From assembly GCA_963718875.1 (NCBI GenBank), contig OY970378.1, forward strand, positions 1,075,691 through 1,139,690: a DNA stretch of 64,000 nt, in the 5' to 3' direction. Below the pieces are notes generated by a model that was not told the origin of the DNA, searched no databases, and worked only from the letters and a program-made list of their open reading frames with translations. Below, one piece after another: positions 38,620-49,800 of the stretch. Within the stretch, counting starts at the first letter, position 1, and every line of letters begins with the position of its first letter. The position numbers and the translations under genes were made by a program. The DNA comes from Candidatus Parcubacteria bacterium. Its GTDB lineage: Bacteria > Patescibacteriota > Saccharimonadia > UBA4664 > JBIOIQ01.

Positions 38620-40188
38620 ATGTCAAAACTTACCCCTCCCCCATCACCGTTGAAGGTGTTATTTGTTTCAGCCGAAGTTGCTCCCTTTTCTTTTGTGGGC
38701 GGCTTATCCCAGGTATCTTATTTTTTGCCCCGTGCGCTGGTAAAGCGCGGTCTCGATGTGCGCGTTTTTACACCGCGTTATGGCAATTTTAAGGAAGAGC
38801 TTATCCCGATGCTGGAACCAGTCATACCCAGCCTTATGGTCCCGACGGGCGAGGCAAAGGGCGGAGAGCACCCTCACGAATTGGAGGTAGCGATTAAAAC
38901 TATCAAAGGCGCAAAAGGCGATGAGCCCATTGTTTATCTATTGGAAAACTTGGAATACTACCAACATCGTGCCAATGTTTATTCCTACGGCGATGACCAT
39001 GTCCGCTTTGGACTGCTGTGCCGAGCAGCTTTGGAGTTTCTTAAATCCGGCGTTTTTGTACCTGATATTATCCATTCAAATGATTGGCATACGGCTTATT
39101 TATTAAACTTGTTACGGGTTGAAGAGGCTAAAAATATTGATTTCAAAAAAATCGCCGGTATGCTTACCATCCACAACACACATCAGGGTAACTTTGATTT
39201 TCGACATGCACCAGAGAGCGAAGCCGACGATGGGTCTGGTCACCTAGCGCCGTTGTTTAACGCGCGATTTAAACGCCAAAACGGTCTTAAGCGCGGCGTT
39301 ATCCATGCTGATCTTGCAAACACCGTTTCAGGGACCTACGCACAAGAATTAATGACCGAGGAGTTGGGAGCAGGTTTGGATCGAATCTTTCGAGAAATGC
39401 GAGGCAAATTGTATGGCGTTATTAATGGCTTAGATTATGATGATTTTAACCCCAAAACTGACCGGCTAGTGCGGCATAATTATGACAAAGACGAGCTAAA
39501 CTTGAGAGCAAAAAACAAAGACGAGCTGCAGCGGCTATTTGGTCTTGACCAAGAGCCAGATACGCCGCTTTTGGCATTATCGGGACGGCTAGATACTCAA
39601 AAAGGCATTGAGCTGGTTATAAAAGTACTTGAGCGGCTAATGAACGAGCTTGAGATGCAGATTGTGGTGATGGGCGCGCCTTCAGGAGCAAACAGAGATG
39701 AATACCGCAAGTTTTTTGAGGGACTAGCTAAGCTATTTCCAGGTCGTGTAGGTTTACACCTGCAGTCTGATTTTAGCTTGCCACGGCAAATTTTTGCCGG
39801 AGCCGACATGCTACTTATGCCAAGCAAATTTGAGCCCGGGGGAATCGTAGCCGTTGAAGCCATGCGTTATGGCTGTGTACCAATTGTGCGCGCCACTGGC
39901 GGCCTGGCTGATACGGTCAAAGATTTTGATCCCACAACTGGTGAGGGTTGGGGATTTTCGTTTAAACGATTTTCGGAACTCAGTTTGTTAATCGCCATAG
40001 TGCGAGCTATTGAAACGTTCAAGCATAATGACGCATGGGAAAGTGTGGTGCTTCAAGCTATGGAGCAGGACTTTAGTTGGGATAAAACTGCGCTGGAATA
40101 TCTTGACCTCTATGAAAGAGCTATAAAGTTTCGCGAAGCTTCAACCAAGGCCAACCCCGCCATGGCATTTAAGCAAAAGGTGCGCTAG
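38620..40188 (+). CDS. glgA: Glycogen synthase
   Basis: E.APF..GGL, H.NDWHT, TIHN, R...QKG, PS.FEP.G, TGGLADTV. Confidence 0.92.
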   Translation: MSKLTPPPSPLKVLFVSAEVAPFSFVGGLSQVSYFLPRALVKRGLDVRVFTPRYGNFKEELIPMLEPVIPSLMVPTGEAKGGEHPHELEVAIKTIKGAKGDEPIVYLLENLEYYQHRANVYSYGDDHVRFGLLCRAALEFLKSGVFVPDIIHSNDWHTAYLLNLLRVEEAKNIDFKKIAGMLTIHNTHQGNFDFRHAPESEADDGSGHLAPLFNARFKRQNGLKRGVIHADLANTVSGTYAQELMTEELGAGLDRIFREMRGKLYGVINGLDYDDFNPKTDRLVRHNYDKDELNLRAKNKDELQRLFGLDQEPDTPLLALSGRLDTQKGIELVIKVLERLMNELEMQIVVMGAPSGANRDEYRKFFEGLAKLFPGRVGLHLQSDFSLPRQIFAGADMLLMPSKFEPGGIVAVEAMRYGCVPIVRATGGLADTVKDFDPTTGEGWGFSFKRFSELSLLIAIVRAIETFKHNDAWESVVLQAMEQDFSWDKTALEYLDLYERAIKFREASTKANPAMAFKQKVR

Positions 40189-40269
40189 TTTTTTTTGCGA
40201 ATTATGAATCAAGAATCATGAATTATGGCGCCAGTATGGGCAATTGTTTTTCGAAGTAGCGACCCGTAC

Positions 40270-40938
40270 TGTCATCCTCGATCGGAAGGCCGAAATACAA
40301 TTGCCTTTACGTACAATCGTCCGCTCCGGATCGGGGATCCACCATCGATGTGCACAGTGAATTGACGGCTGTGCATTCTTCTAACAATGATCGAGCCATA
40401 CTTATTGTGGAGTCATTATTTATAACTGTATTTTATCCTAACCCAGATTATTAAAAAATGATTACGGGGGAATATAATTCATTTTAGCCCTTTTTAGAAT
40501 TATATAACTTGTTATATAATTCTTGCTACTTATGAAAATTGCAAGCTTGTAGTGCAGCATATTCATAAAAATATGAGTTATTTTTGCAAACTCTTTATAA
40601 AATACGCCAAACATTTTTGAAAATTATATAACTCCTAAAACCGCCAAAAGGCGATATGCCTACCTGTAGCTAAAATTTACATATCGGTCAGAAAAAATGA
40701 TTTTTTGCTTTTTCAGCCGGGAAAATTATTGAAAATGAATTGCTGACCGTGAATTATCAAATCTCCCATTAAACTGTCATTCCCTATAGGAAGCCAAACT
40801 CCACCATTGCCTAGTTTGGTACTCCTGATAGGGAATCCAGAATAAAAACATTCTAAATTTTTCATACTGGGTCCCCGATTAGAAGCGGTCGTTGACCTCT
40901 AAAGAGTGACTGAAAAGACCTTTCTGTCGAGGATGACA
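40270..40938. repeat. TGTCATCC...GGATCCA / TGGGTCC...GGATGACA palindromic repeats around an AT-rich spacer
   Basis: Copies at 40270-40341, 40775-40819 and 40868-40938; relative at ~38414-38476. Confidence 0.6.
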
Positions 40939-41053
40939 TACGGGGTGTTAGTGGATGTTTAGGGATTCACGGACGAATAAGTTTGCAATTTTTCTATTAT
41001 TAGTGTAAAGTATGTTTACTTTTGTCCAACCCAAGACCACGAGGTGATAAGAA

Positions 41054-41575
41054 ATGGCAAACGTACCAACCGCACCTGTCACGATAACCGAAGAGCAGTT
41101 CATGGCCTTGCACACGCTCTGGCTGGCAATCCCCACCCACAGCCCTCTCGACTTCGCACGCATCCTCTGCGAAGTACTGGATTTGCCGTTTGAGGCAGTT
41201 AGAGACGGGATGGAGTTCAAGCTGCTCGGGGGTGTGTTCGACGAAGACGGCGAGGACGAATGTCTAATAGGTTGGCTTCATGGAATTATCCCCGGAGTCG
41301 TCCTTTACAGCGACCCATTGCTCGATAACAGCCTACTGGCAGGGTTGTTACAACGACAAACAGACGGGGTGTTGTATTCGGTGCGTCACTTCGACCCATG
41401 CGCCAGGGTGCGCATCTATGACACCCGTCATGTCTCGGCCGGTTTCCGGATTTGTCCAGCTGTCATGACGGGGGACTATGACCGACAGCAAGCGCTACCG
41501 ACGGTCGGCTTCGCGCCCCATCGCTGGAATCAAGAACTTCAGCCCTGGCTCGAGCGCTGGCTTCCCAAGACCTGA
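41054..41575 (+). CDS. GC-rich hypothetical protein (orphan unit)
   Basis: TTGCAA-N17-TAAAGT at 40983-41011, GAGGTGA SD, hairpin 41607-41646. Confidence 0.7.
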   Translation: MANVPTAPVTITEEQFMALHTLWLAIPTHSPLDFARILCEVLDLPFEAVRDGMEFKLLGGVFDEDGEDECLIGWLHGIIPGVVLYSDPLLDNSLLAGLLQRQTDGVLYSVRHFDPCARVRIYDTRHVSAGFRICPAVMTGDYDRQQALPTVGFAPHRWNQELQPWLERWLPKT

Positions 41576-41666
41576 CCGAAGATCCGGCCAATAACCACAC
41601 ACAACCACGCCTCCAGGCGGCCACTTACGCTTCCGCTTGGAGGCGTAAGTCGTTTCATATATAGTA

Positions 41667-43355
41667 GTGAACATGACCAATCAAAACCTTAATTCGCTCT
41701 CCAATCCTGTCCCAAAGTTAACCCCCCAACATCCAATCGCATTTTTTAGTGCCGAATACGCGATAGAAAACAGCCTGCCAATTTACGCTGGAGGCCTTGG
41801 CGTGCTGGCTGGCGACATGGTGCTTGAAGCGCAAGCCGAAAACCTGCCTTTTGTGGCATTTGGAGTCCTATATTCCTACGGCTTTGATACTGCCGGCCAG
41901 AAAAATGGCCGTTTAGACCCTGTGACCGCTGGCTTTTCACTGATAGTGGATGGAGATGAAACCTTAACTGTAGAGGTGCCCTGTAACGACCATTTGGTAT
42001 TAGTGCAGGCTTGGCAAAAAGATTATGGCTCGGCTAAATTAATTTTGCTCGATACCGACCATCCTCGTAATAACACCGAGGATCGCCAGTTAACAGCGCA
42101 TCTGTATGACCCGAATATTATAACTAGGACGTGCCAGGAGTGGGTGGTGGGCCTAGCAGCTGGACAATTTATGCGTAAGCTCGGTATAACCCCGGCAGTA
42201 CATCATATTAATGAAGGTCATACGGCTTTTGTTATTGTGGGTCTGGTTCTAGATTATCTGCAAAATAATTTACATTCCAGTTTTGAAGAGGCGAGAGAAG
42301 TAGTGAGGCAGCAGGTGGTTGCTAGCAAACACACCATTCTGCCGGGCGCAGGATTGTTTATAGACCGCTTGGTGCTGCGCTCGATTGCTGGAGCCGCGCT
42401 TCATAACGTAAATTTTGACGACTTATTTGCGCTCGGCACGACCCCTGGCCGACCAGATCATTTCTCTACGACCAAATTCATTTTAGCCCATGCCCGCGCC
42501 GTCAGTGGCGTAAGCAAGCTCCATGTAGCGCGCGAAAAAGCCGACCACCCCACTAGCAAACTAATTCCAGTAACAAATGGGGTGGCCAGTCAAAGATGGT
42601 TGGCACAGAACTTTCGCGAGCGCCCGCATACCGAGTTATCCGACAATGAATTATGGAAATTGCACACTAGTAACCGTAGCGACCTCACGGCCATGGTGAA
42701 TGATACTGTTGGCAGCCGCTTAGACCCAAACTTCCTAACTGTGGTGTGGGCAAGGCGAATTACAGCCTATAAGCGTCCGGCGCTATTGTTTAACAACCTC
42801 GAGCGGCTGGAGCGCTTGGTAAGCTCTACTAAAATACCGGTGCAATTCATTATTGCGGGCAAGGCCAACACTGAAGATACCGAGGCAAGACGGATTTTAG
42901 AAGAAATATTAAAAAATTGCCGTTTGCCAAAATTAGAAGGGCGAGTTGTATATTTACCCGGTTATTCCGTACGCACCACCCAGGCCTTGTCCGCTGGAGC
43001 CGACCTTTGGTTAAATACTCCCATTCGAGGGCAAGAGGCCTGTGGTACTAGCGGGATGAAGGCTAGCCTTAACGGTGCATTGCAGCTTTCTACCAGCGAC
43101 GGATGGATTGATGAAGTGTCGGCCGACTGTATTGGATGGAAACTGCCTGAAGAAGGTATTGAAAGCGCCCTTTATGACACATTAGAAAATAAGATTGCGC
43201 CGACTTTTTACGATTGCAACAAGGATGGTGTCCCAGAGCAGTGGGTCCGCCGCATGCGAGATACAATGACTTTGATTGAAAATGACTTTACAGCCAAACG
43301 CATGCTCCATGATTACATGACTAGGCTGTATTTTTCTAGCGCTCAAGGACTTTGA
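41667..43355 (+). CDS. glgP: Alpha-glucan phosphorylase
   Basis: YAGGLGVLAGD, NEGH, ARR...YKR, EACGTSGMKA. Confidence 0.93.
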   Translation: MNMTNQNLNSLSNPVPKLTPQHPIAFFSAEYAIENSLPIYAGGLGVLAGDMVLEAQAENLPFVAFGVLYSYGFDTAGQKNGRLDPVTAGFSLIVDGDETLTVEVPCNDHLVLVQAWQKDYGSAKLILLDTDHPRNNTEDRQLTAHLYDPNIITRTCQEWVVGLAAGQFMRKLGITPAVHHINEGHTAFVIVGLVLDYLQNNLHSSFEEAREVVRQQVVASKHTILPGAGLFIDRLVLRSIAGAALHNVNFDDLFALGTTPGRPDHFSTTKFILAHARAVSGVSKLHVAREKADHPTSKLIPVTNGVASQRWLAQNFRERPHTELSDNELWKLHTSNRSDLTAMVNDTVGSRLDPNFLTVVWARRITAYKRPALLFNNLERLERLVSSTKIPVQFIIAGKANTEDTEARRILEEILKNCRLPKLEGRVVYLPGYSVRTTQALSAGADLWLNTPIRGQEACGTSGMKASLNGALQLSTSDGWIDEVSADCIGWKLPEEGIESALYDTLENKIAPTFYDCNKDGVPEQWVRRMRDTMTLIENDFTAKRMLHDYMTRLYFSSAQGL

Positions 43356-43362
43356 AATTAAT

Positions 43363-43977
43363 ATGACTCCAGACACGCCCTTTTCGCCAGACTCTCCCGA
43401 TGCAGAGGACCTTTTACTGGAAGGTACTGATACGGGTGAGCGTCGTGAAAAAATTGCATTCAATGGCACTATCAGACCTATTGCTCCTGGGGACACTGAT
43501 CAGATTAGGCCTATTTTAGAAGAGTTGGTGCGAGATAGCGAGACTGGACAGCCAATAAGAGATGAGATAGAACGCTACATTCAGGCAATGGAAGAAAGCG
43601 CTCAAGGTAACAGCGACCGCATTTTCATGGTGGCTCAATCTGGCGAGGGCCAAACTGTGGGAGTTATGGGACTTGCAAGCCCAGATGAAGAACTGAGACA
43701 TTACGCTGAAACGGATTTGCCGATTGAAGCTATTAATGCGTATGTGACGGGTAGCCATCGTGATAGAGGTATCGGTAAACTTTTATACTATGCTTTAGAA
43801 GAAAAGGTACGTCTGATGGGATTTACTGAAGTTTTGGTAGGTAGTGGCCCACGTTACGAGAAGCTTGGGTATCCTTTTTGGATAAGTTTGTTTGGTCAGC
43901 CTATAGCGATTATAAAAAATAAGTACGGTCCGGGACAGGATGCTCCAGTGTGGCGCAAAAGCCTAATCGAAAATTAA
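43363..43977 (+). CDS. GNAT acetyltransferase
   Basis: V..HRDRGIGKLL acetyl-CoA motif. Confidence 0.75.
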   Translation: MTPDTPFSPDSPDAEDLLLEGTDTGERREKIAFNGTIRPIAPGDTDQIRPILEELVRDSETGQPIRDEIERYIQAMEESAQGNSDRIFMVAQSGEGQTVGVMGLASPDEELRHYAETDLPIEAINAYVTGSHRDRGIGKLLYYALEEKVRLMGFTEVLVGSGPRYEKLGYPFWISLFGQPIAIIKNKYGPGQDAPVWRKSLIEN

Positions 43978-44011
43978 AGGGAGCCTCCCTTGAAGTTGTT
44001 ATGTTTAATGA
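43977..44011. repeat. REP palindrome with conserved tail (copy 1)
   Basis: AAGGGAGCCTCCCTT-GAAGTTGTTATGTTTAATGA. Confidence 0.75.
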
Positions 44012-44029
44012 TCATGTTAAAATAGCTTC

Positions 44030-44347
44030 ATGGATCAAATGCAGCTTATAAAAGACCTTGGTATTGAAGGACTCGACGAGAAACATCAGCAGCAGTTACT
44101 AGCCAGTTTTGCCGACTTGGTGCAACTACGTATGACCGAAAAATTAAATGCTTACCTGGATGACGCTGCCTTAACCGAGTTAGATGACTTGGCCGAACAA
44201 CAAAAAGGCGATGAAGCTTTGGCAAGCCTTGAACAATATGTTCCCAATTATCAAACTATTCTTGCAGAAACAATCGAGGAGACTAAAGTAGAGCTAAAGC
44301 AAGACGCCCAAGCTGTGCTTCAACGCGTAAATAGACCAACGTCCTAA
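44030..44347 (+). CDS. DUF5663-like helical protein
   Basis: L..LG...L...Q...V..R...L...PNY..I..E pattern. Confidence 0.6.
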   Translation: MDQMQLIKDLGIEGLDEKHQQQLLASFADLVQLRMTEKLNAYLDDAALTELDDLAEQQKGDEALASLEQYVPNYQTILAETIEETKVELKQDAQAVLQRVNRPTS

Positions 44348-45654
44348 TGGGCGCTGACACTTTACCAGCCTCGCCTGAAGCAGACGGTGAATTTCGCTCA
44401 GCCTTGAATGTGGCTGACTTATTGGGCGAAAGAACACCAAATGATTTGTCTGGTTTGCCAGAATCGACTTTGACCGATACTTCTCCTGACCGCAGTGATC
44501 ACGCACCATCTGCAGAGGACTTTGCAGATCTACCACCTATACAGAGTTGGGGTGATGCCGTGCGTGAGAGCGACGCACTGAACGCCAAATATACCGACAG
44601 CGACGGTCGTCATCTACCAATGACTCCAGAGGATGCCAGGCGCCACATGCAGCTGATTGTCTATCGCGGTGACTACAATAGCGCCTATCACGAAACGGCC
44701 GACCGCCTACACGATGAACTTGATGACGCCAGAGAAGCGTTTCTTCAGGCACGAGTCAAGGGACATACTAACGAAGAAAAGGAAGCTACCCAAAAAGCTT
44801 ACAAAGCTAAGCTCTTTGAACTTATTGGATCTGATATTAAATACCAAACCGGAGAAACTGCCAGGCCAGAGCTTTCTACCGTCATAGGGACTCTCATAAC
44901 TGAGGCTCAAAAACGCGAAGAACGGATTACGGAGATGCGCGCCGGAACAGTAGGCGGTAAATTTCGAAAGTTTTTCCGTAACCACCCGGGAATATTAATG
45001 GGTACGGCGGTAGCTGCCTTCGGGGGAAGTTTACTGACTGCCAAAACTGGTATATTACCAGAAGTAGCTACCGATACAGCCAACTATATAGCCACGTTTA
45101 TGGTGGGGGTAGCTGGATATGCATCTACGCGCGATTCTATGGCGGCAGTGCTGGCAAGACGCGTGCAGAAACAAGATAGTGAAATAACTGCCACCCGGGA
45201 AGAGGCTTTTTATGGTGACGAGAGCGCCGTCTCTCGTTATATTGATCAGCGACAAGTAAGTTCTTTGCCTGATCTTCAAAAGCAAACCGCTAGTGACGAC
45301 CCAGATCAAAACAGAAAAACCGTTAAGTGGCTTGAAAAAGCTAGGGATTTGCATTACGACAAAGACGATGCCGATGAGGCTCAAATGCTACGGGCCAACT
45401 CGGAAGATCTGCTGTCGAACAATGGGCTCGTTGAACTACTTAAAAGCCAACCTGAATCCGCCCAAACTTATGAAGTTTTGGCTCGGTTAATTGAACGACA
45501 AGTAGACGAAGCGGGCAAAAAAATTGATCAAAGCCGTCGACATACGCGAATATCAAAGCTCGTTGGGGCAACTGCTGGCGTCGCAACCCTTGGAATGACG
45601 TCGTTATTCGGGTATCAACGCATAGACGCTCCAAGCACTACCTCAAATGATTAA
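44347..45654 (+). CDS. Hypothetical helical membrane-associated protein
   Basis: 435-aa ORF with Gly/Ala-rich hydrophobic segments. Confidence 0.6.
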   Translation: MGADTLPASPEADGEFRSALNVADLLGERTPNDLSGLPESTLTDTSPDRSDHAPSAEDFADLPPIQSWGDAVRESDALNAKYTDSDGRHLPMTPEDARRHMQLIVYRGDYNSAYHETADRLHDELDDAREAFLQARVKGHTNEEKEATQKAYKAKLFELIGSDIKYQTGETARPELSTVIGTLITEAQKREERITEMRAGTVGGKFRKFFRNHPGILMGTAVAAFGGSLLTAKTGILPEVATDTANYIATFMVGVAGYASTRDSMAAVLARRVQKQDSEITATREEAFYGDESAVSRYIDQRQVSSLPDLQKQTASDDPDQNRKTVKWLEKARDLHYDKDDADEAQMLRANSEDLLSNNGLVELLKSQPESAQTYEVLARLIERQVDEAGKKIDQSRRHTRISKLVGATAGVATLGMTSLFGYQRIDAPSTTSND

Positions 45655-45689
45655 GAGGGAGCTTCCCTCGAATTTGTTATGGTTAATGA
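45655..45689. repeat. REP palindrome with conserved tail (copy 2)
   Basis: GAGGGAGCTTCCCTC-GAATTTGTTATGGTTAATGA; 30/35 identical to copy 1. Confidence 0.75.
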
Positions 45690-45731
45690 CTTGCGCTACA
45701 TCTGGATATTTGGTAACTTAAAGTACAAGTT

Positions 45732-46844
45732 ATGAGCAAACGTTTGACTAAACCAGTTGAAACCAAAAAAAACGTTAAGGGTCGTCCCGAAAGGGGCGAT
45801 TTTTTTAAAATCAGCCCGAGCGAGTTAGTGCTGTCCGACGGGGCGCGCTTTAATGGATTTTCGCCGATTTGGCAGTCCGAGAAGTACGAAGGAGAGGTGG
45901 TCTTTAACACCGGCATGACCGGATATGTCGAGTCTTTAACTGATCCGTCCTATTCCGGTCAAATACTGGTCTTTACCTATCCATTGATTGGAAATTACGG
46001 AGCTTTGTCGAATTCTAGTTGGGAGTCAGATAAAATTTATGCAGCCGGTGTGGTAGTAAGTGAGGCTTGTACAAACTGGAGCCACAGCGCTAGCCAGAGT
46101 TCGCTATTGGAATGGTTGCAGCAACAAAATATCCCAATAATAACGGGGATTGATACGCGGGAGTTGACAAAACATTTGCGCTCACGCGGGACTATGTCCG
46201 GTGTCATTACCGATAAGATCGGTTCGGCCGCGCCATTAAACAATTTAAAGACCGTTAAGGTTAAGCTCCAACCGCCCAAAGTTTATAACGAGCATGAGTC
46301 AAAACTGGTAATCGTTGTTGATTGCGGTATGAAACAAAATATTTTGAGATCCTTACTCGCCCTTCCCTTGCAGGTAAAGCGCGTCGCTTATAACTATGAC
46401 TACAGCGGTGAAAGTTATGATGGGCTGTTGATATCTAATGGACCCGGAGACCCAACTGATTACCCCGAAACAATTGCTATCGCAGCTAAGGCTATGAAGC
46501 TTGGCCGGCCCATGTTTGGCATATGCTTAGGAACACAAATAATGGGGCTGGCGGCAGGAGCGCAAACTTATAAGCTGCCTTTTGGGCATCGTGGGCACAA
46601 CCAACCTTGTATTGAGCCTGAAAATGGGCGTTGTGTAATAACCAGTCAGAACCACGGATATGCCATAGACGAAACTACTTTGCCTAAGGGGTGGAAGGTT
46701 ATTTTTCGAAATCTCAATGACGGCTCCGTGGAAGGGATTGCTCACAATACCAAGCCATTTTGGTCGGTTCAATTCCACCCTGAAGCGACACCAGGTCCAA
46801 CCGATACCAAAGGGCTATTTGAGAGGTTTTACGCGAGCCTATGA
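45732..46844 (+). CDS. carA: Carbamoyl-phosphate synthase small subunit
   Basis: GEVVFNTGMTGY, SNGPGDP, GICLG, QFHPE. Confidence 0.96.
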   Translation: MSKRLTKPVETKKNVKGRPERGDFFKISPSELVLSDGARFNGFSPIWQSEKYEGEVVFNTGMTGYVESLTDPSYSGQILVFTYPLIGNYGALSNSSWESDKIYAAGVVVSEACTNWSHSASQSSLLEWLQQQNIPIITGIDTRELTKHLRSRGTMSGVITDKIGSAAPLNNLKTVKVKLQPPKVYNEHESKLVIVVDCGMKQNILRSLLALPLQVKRVAYNYDYSGESYDGLLISNGPGDPTDYPETIAIAAKAMKLGRPMFGICLGTQIMGLAAGAQTYKLPFGHRGHNQPCIEPENGRCVITSQNHGYAIDETTLPKGWKVIFRNLNDGSVEGIAHNTKPFWSVQFHPEATPGPTDTKGLFERFYASL

Positions 46845-49800
46845 GCAAGCCTAAGCAAACTAAAATACTTATACTTGGATCGGGCGGCTTGCGCATTGGA
46901 CAGGCAGGTGAATTTGATTATTCTGGATCCCAAGCCATAAAAGCCCTCAAGGAAGAGGGCATCTATACTGTGTTGATAAACCCAAATGTAGCCACCGTCC
47001 AAACGGATGGAGACATGGCCGATAGGGTCTATTTTCAGCCGCTCAATACGGCGACGGTCACAAAAATTATCAAGCGAGAACGTCCAACTGCTATTTTCCT
47101 AAGTTTTGGTGGTCAAACCGCCCTCAACCTTGGACTAGCGCTAAACGACGATGGAACGCTCGCAAAATACAAAGTTGAGGTACTCGGTACGCCGGTAAAA
47201 GTCATTAAGACCACCGAAGACAGGGAGTTATTTAAAAAAGCATTGTCCCAGATTAATGTTAAAACTGCCAATAGTTTGGCGGTGTACTCTGTGGCAGAGG
47301 CACTAAGCGCTGCCAAAAAAATTGGCTACCCAGTAATGATGCGGTCTGGATACAGCCTAGGCGGTCTGGGGTCAGGACGGGTAGAAACAGCTGGGGAACT
47401 CAAGACCAAAACTGCCGAAGCATTTCAGGCTGTGCCCCAAATATTAATTGAAGAATATTTGGGAGGATGGAAAGAGGTGGAATACGAGGTAGTTAGGGAT
47501 GCAGGTGGTAATGCTATAACCGTATGCAACATGGAAAACTTGGATCCTATGGGTATCCATACCGGAGAAAGCATTGTGGTGGCACCGTCACAAACTTTGA
47601 CCAATGAAGAATACCACCGCTTGCGGGAAATTGCCATCAAGACCATTTCACACCTGGGGATTATTGGTGAATGCAACATCCAATATGCGCTGAATCCAAT
47701 TAGTGGCGACTATCGGGTTATTGAGGTTAATGCCCGCCTCAGCCGCTCGAGCGCTTTAGCCTCCAAAGCTACCGGATACCCGCTGGCACATGTGGCGACC
47801 AAGCTAATGTTGGGTCAGCTGTTAAACGAAATTAAAAATTCTGTTACCGGTTCCACGCCAGCTTTTTTTGAGCCAGCTTTGGACTACATTGCAGTCAAAA
47901 TGCCGCGCTGGGACCTAGATAAGCTCAAATCGAGTAGTCATAGATTAGGTTCTGAAATGAAAAGCGTAGGGGAGGTCATGGCCCTCGGGCGTTCTTTCCC
48001 AGAGGCTTTGCAAAAAGCCATTCGAATGCTTGGCATTGGCGCAGATGGACTATCTTATAATCCTCATAAATTCCTTAAACCCATTGATGAAGTCCAGCAG
48101 GCTACGGATAGGCGCTTGTTTGCTGTATACGAGCTGTTTAAACGCGGTCACGACGTGGAAGAACTTCACCGAATGTCCTCTATTGACCGGTGGTTTTTAC
48201 ATCACATTAAGTCAATTCAGGAATTGGAGAAGGAATTAGGCGCTTCCCCGCTGTCACGCGACCGTTTGCTTCAAGCTAAAAAAATGGGGTTTTCAGATAA
48301 GTCTCTGGCTAGATTGCAGGGTACAACCGAACCTGTTATTCGAGCACGACGTAAAAAGCTTGGGATTACGCCGGTTATAAAGCAAATTGACACATTGGCA
48401 GGAGAGTTTGATGCTGAAACCAATTATCTTTATGCGACTTATCATGGTTCTAGTACGGACGTCAAACCACTTAGCAAAAAACCGGTAATCGTTTTGGGGT
48501 CTGGCCCATACTGCATTGGCTCATCGGTTGAGTTTGACTGGTGCGCTGTCAATACCGCTAAAACATTGCGACAGCAGAACCGTCCTACAATTATCATTAA
48601 CTCTAATCCTGAAACGGTTTCGACAGATTTTGACCATTCTGATAGATTGTATTTTGAAGAGTTGACATTAGAGAGGGTGCAAGACATTGCGGAATTTGAG
48701 TCTGGTGCAAGTATTGTAGTGTCAGTTGGAGGCCAAATTGCGAATAACTTGGCGTTGCCTCTGAATAAGGCCGGTTTTAGTATTTTGGGAACTGCAGCAG
48801 AATCAATCGACCAAGCGGAGGATCGAAAAAAGTTTTCATCAATGCTAAACCGTCTTGGGGTTGACCAGCCAGAATGGGAAGAGGTGACAACCTATGCGAA
48901 TGCCAAAAAATTTGCGAAAAAAGTAGGTTATCCCGTGTTGATTCGTCCTTCATACGTTTTGTCTGGCGGAGCCATGAACGTTGTAACGGACGAATTTGAG
49001 CTTAAGCATTATTTGGAGGCGGCAACTCACCTTTCCCCAGATCATCCGGTAGTATTGTCGCAGTTTATTACTAATGCCAAAGAGCTAGAAGTTGATGGAG
49101 TAGCCGATAATGGCCAAGTAGTGATTTATGCGATCAGTGAGCATGTGGAAAACGCTGGCATTCATTCTGGAGATGCCACAGTAGTGTTGCCGCCTCAGCG
49201 GTTGTACCTGGAAACGATTCGTCGCAGTAAAAGCATTACTAAGCAAATTGTTAAGACTCTCGGTATTACTGGTCCTTTTAATATCCAGTTTATTGCTAAG
49301 GATAACGATATAAAAGTTATTGAGTGCAACGTCCGGGCCTCCCGTTCATTCCCTTTTGTTTCTAAAGTAACCAACCATAACTTCATTGCCATCGCTACTA
49401 TGACTATGCTTGGCAAGGCGCCGAGGGCAGAGTATCAAACTTTGGAGCTTGATTATGTCGGCGTAAAAAGTCCGCAATTTTCGTACAACCGCCTTAAAGG
49501 AGCCGACCCAGTGGCGGGAGTGGAAATGGCCTCTACTGGCGAGGTGGCATGCTTGGGAAGTGACCTTGTGGAAGCATTTTACGCCTCTTGGCTTGCTACC
49601 GAGCAAAGCGTACGTGGTAAAAGTCTGTTTGTTAGTATTGGCGGGGATCATAAGCACAAGCTGATTGATGAAATCCAAAAACTTCATGGGTTGGGTTGGA
49701 AATTATCTGCCACTGAAGGAACGCGAGATTATTTGAAGGTTCGCGGCGTCCCTTCCAAGTGTCTTTACAAGCTGAGCGAGCAGGTTGAGCCAAGTGTGGC

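Noticed and set aside
40400-40770. oriC
   Set aside because: AT-rich, but no TTATCCACA cluster seen and no dnaA nearby
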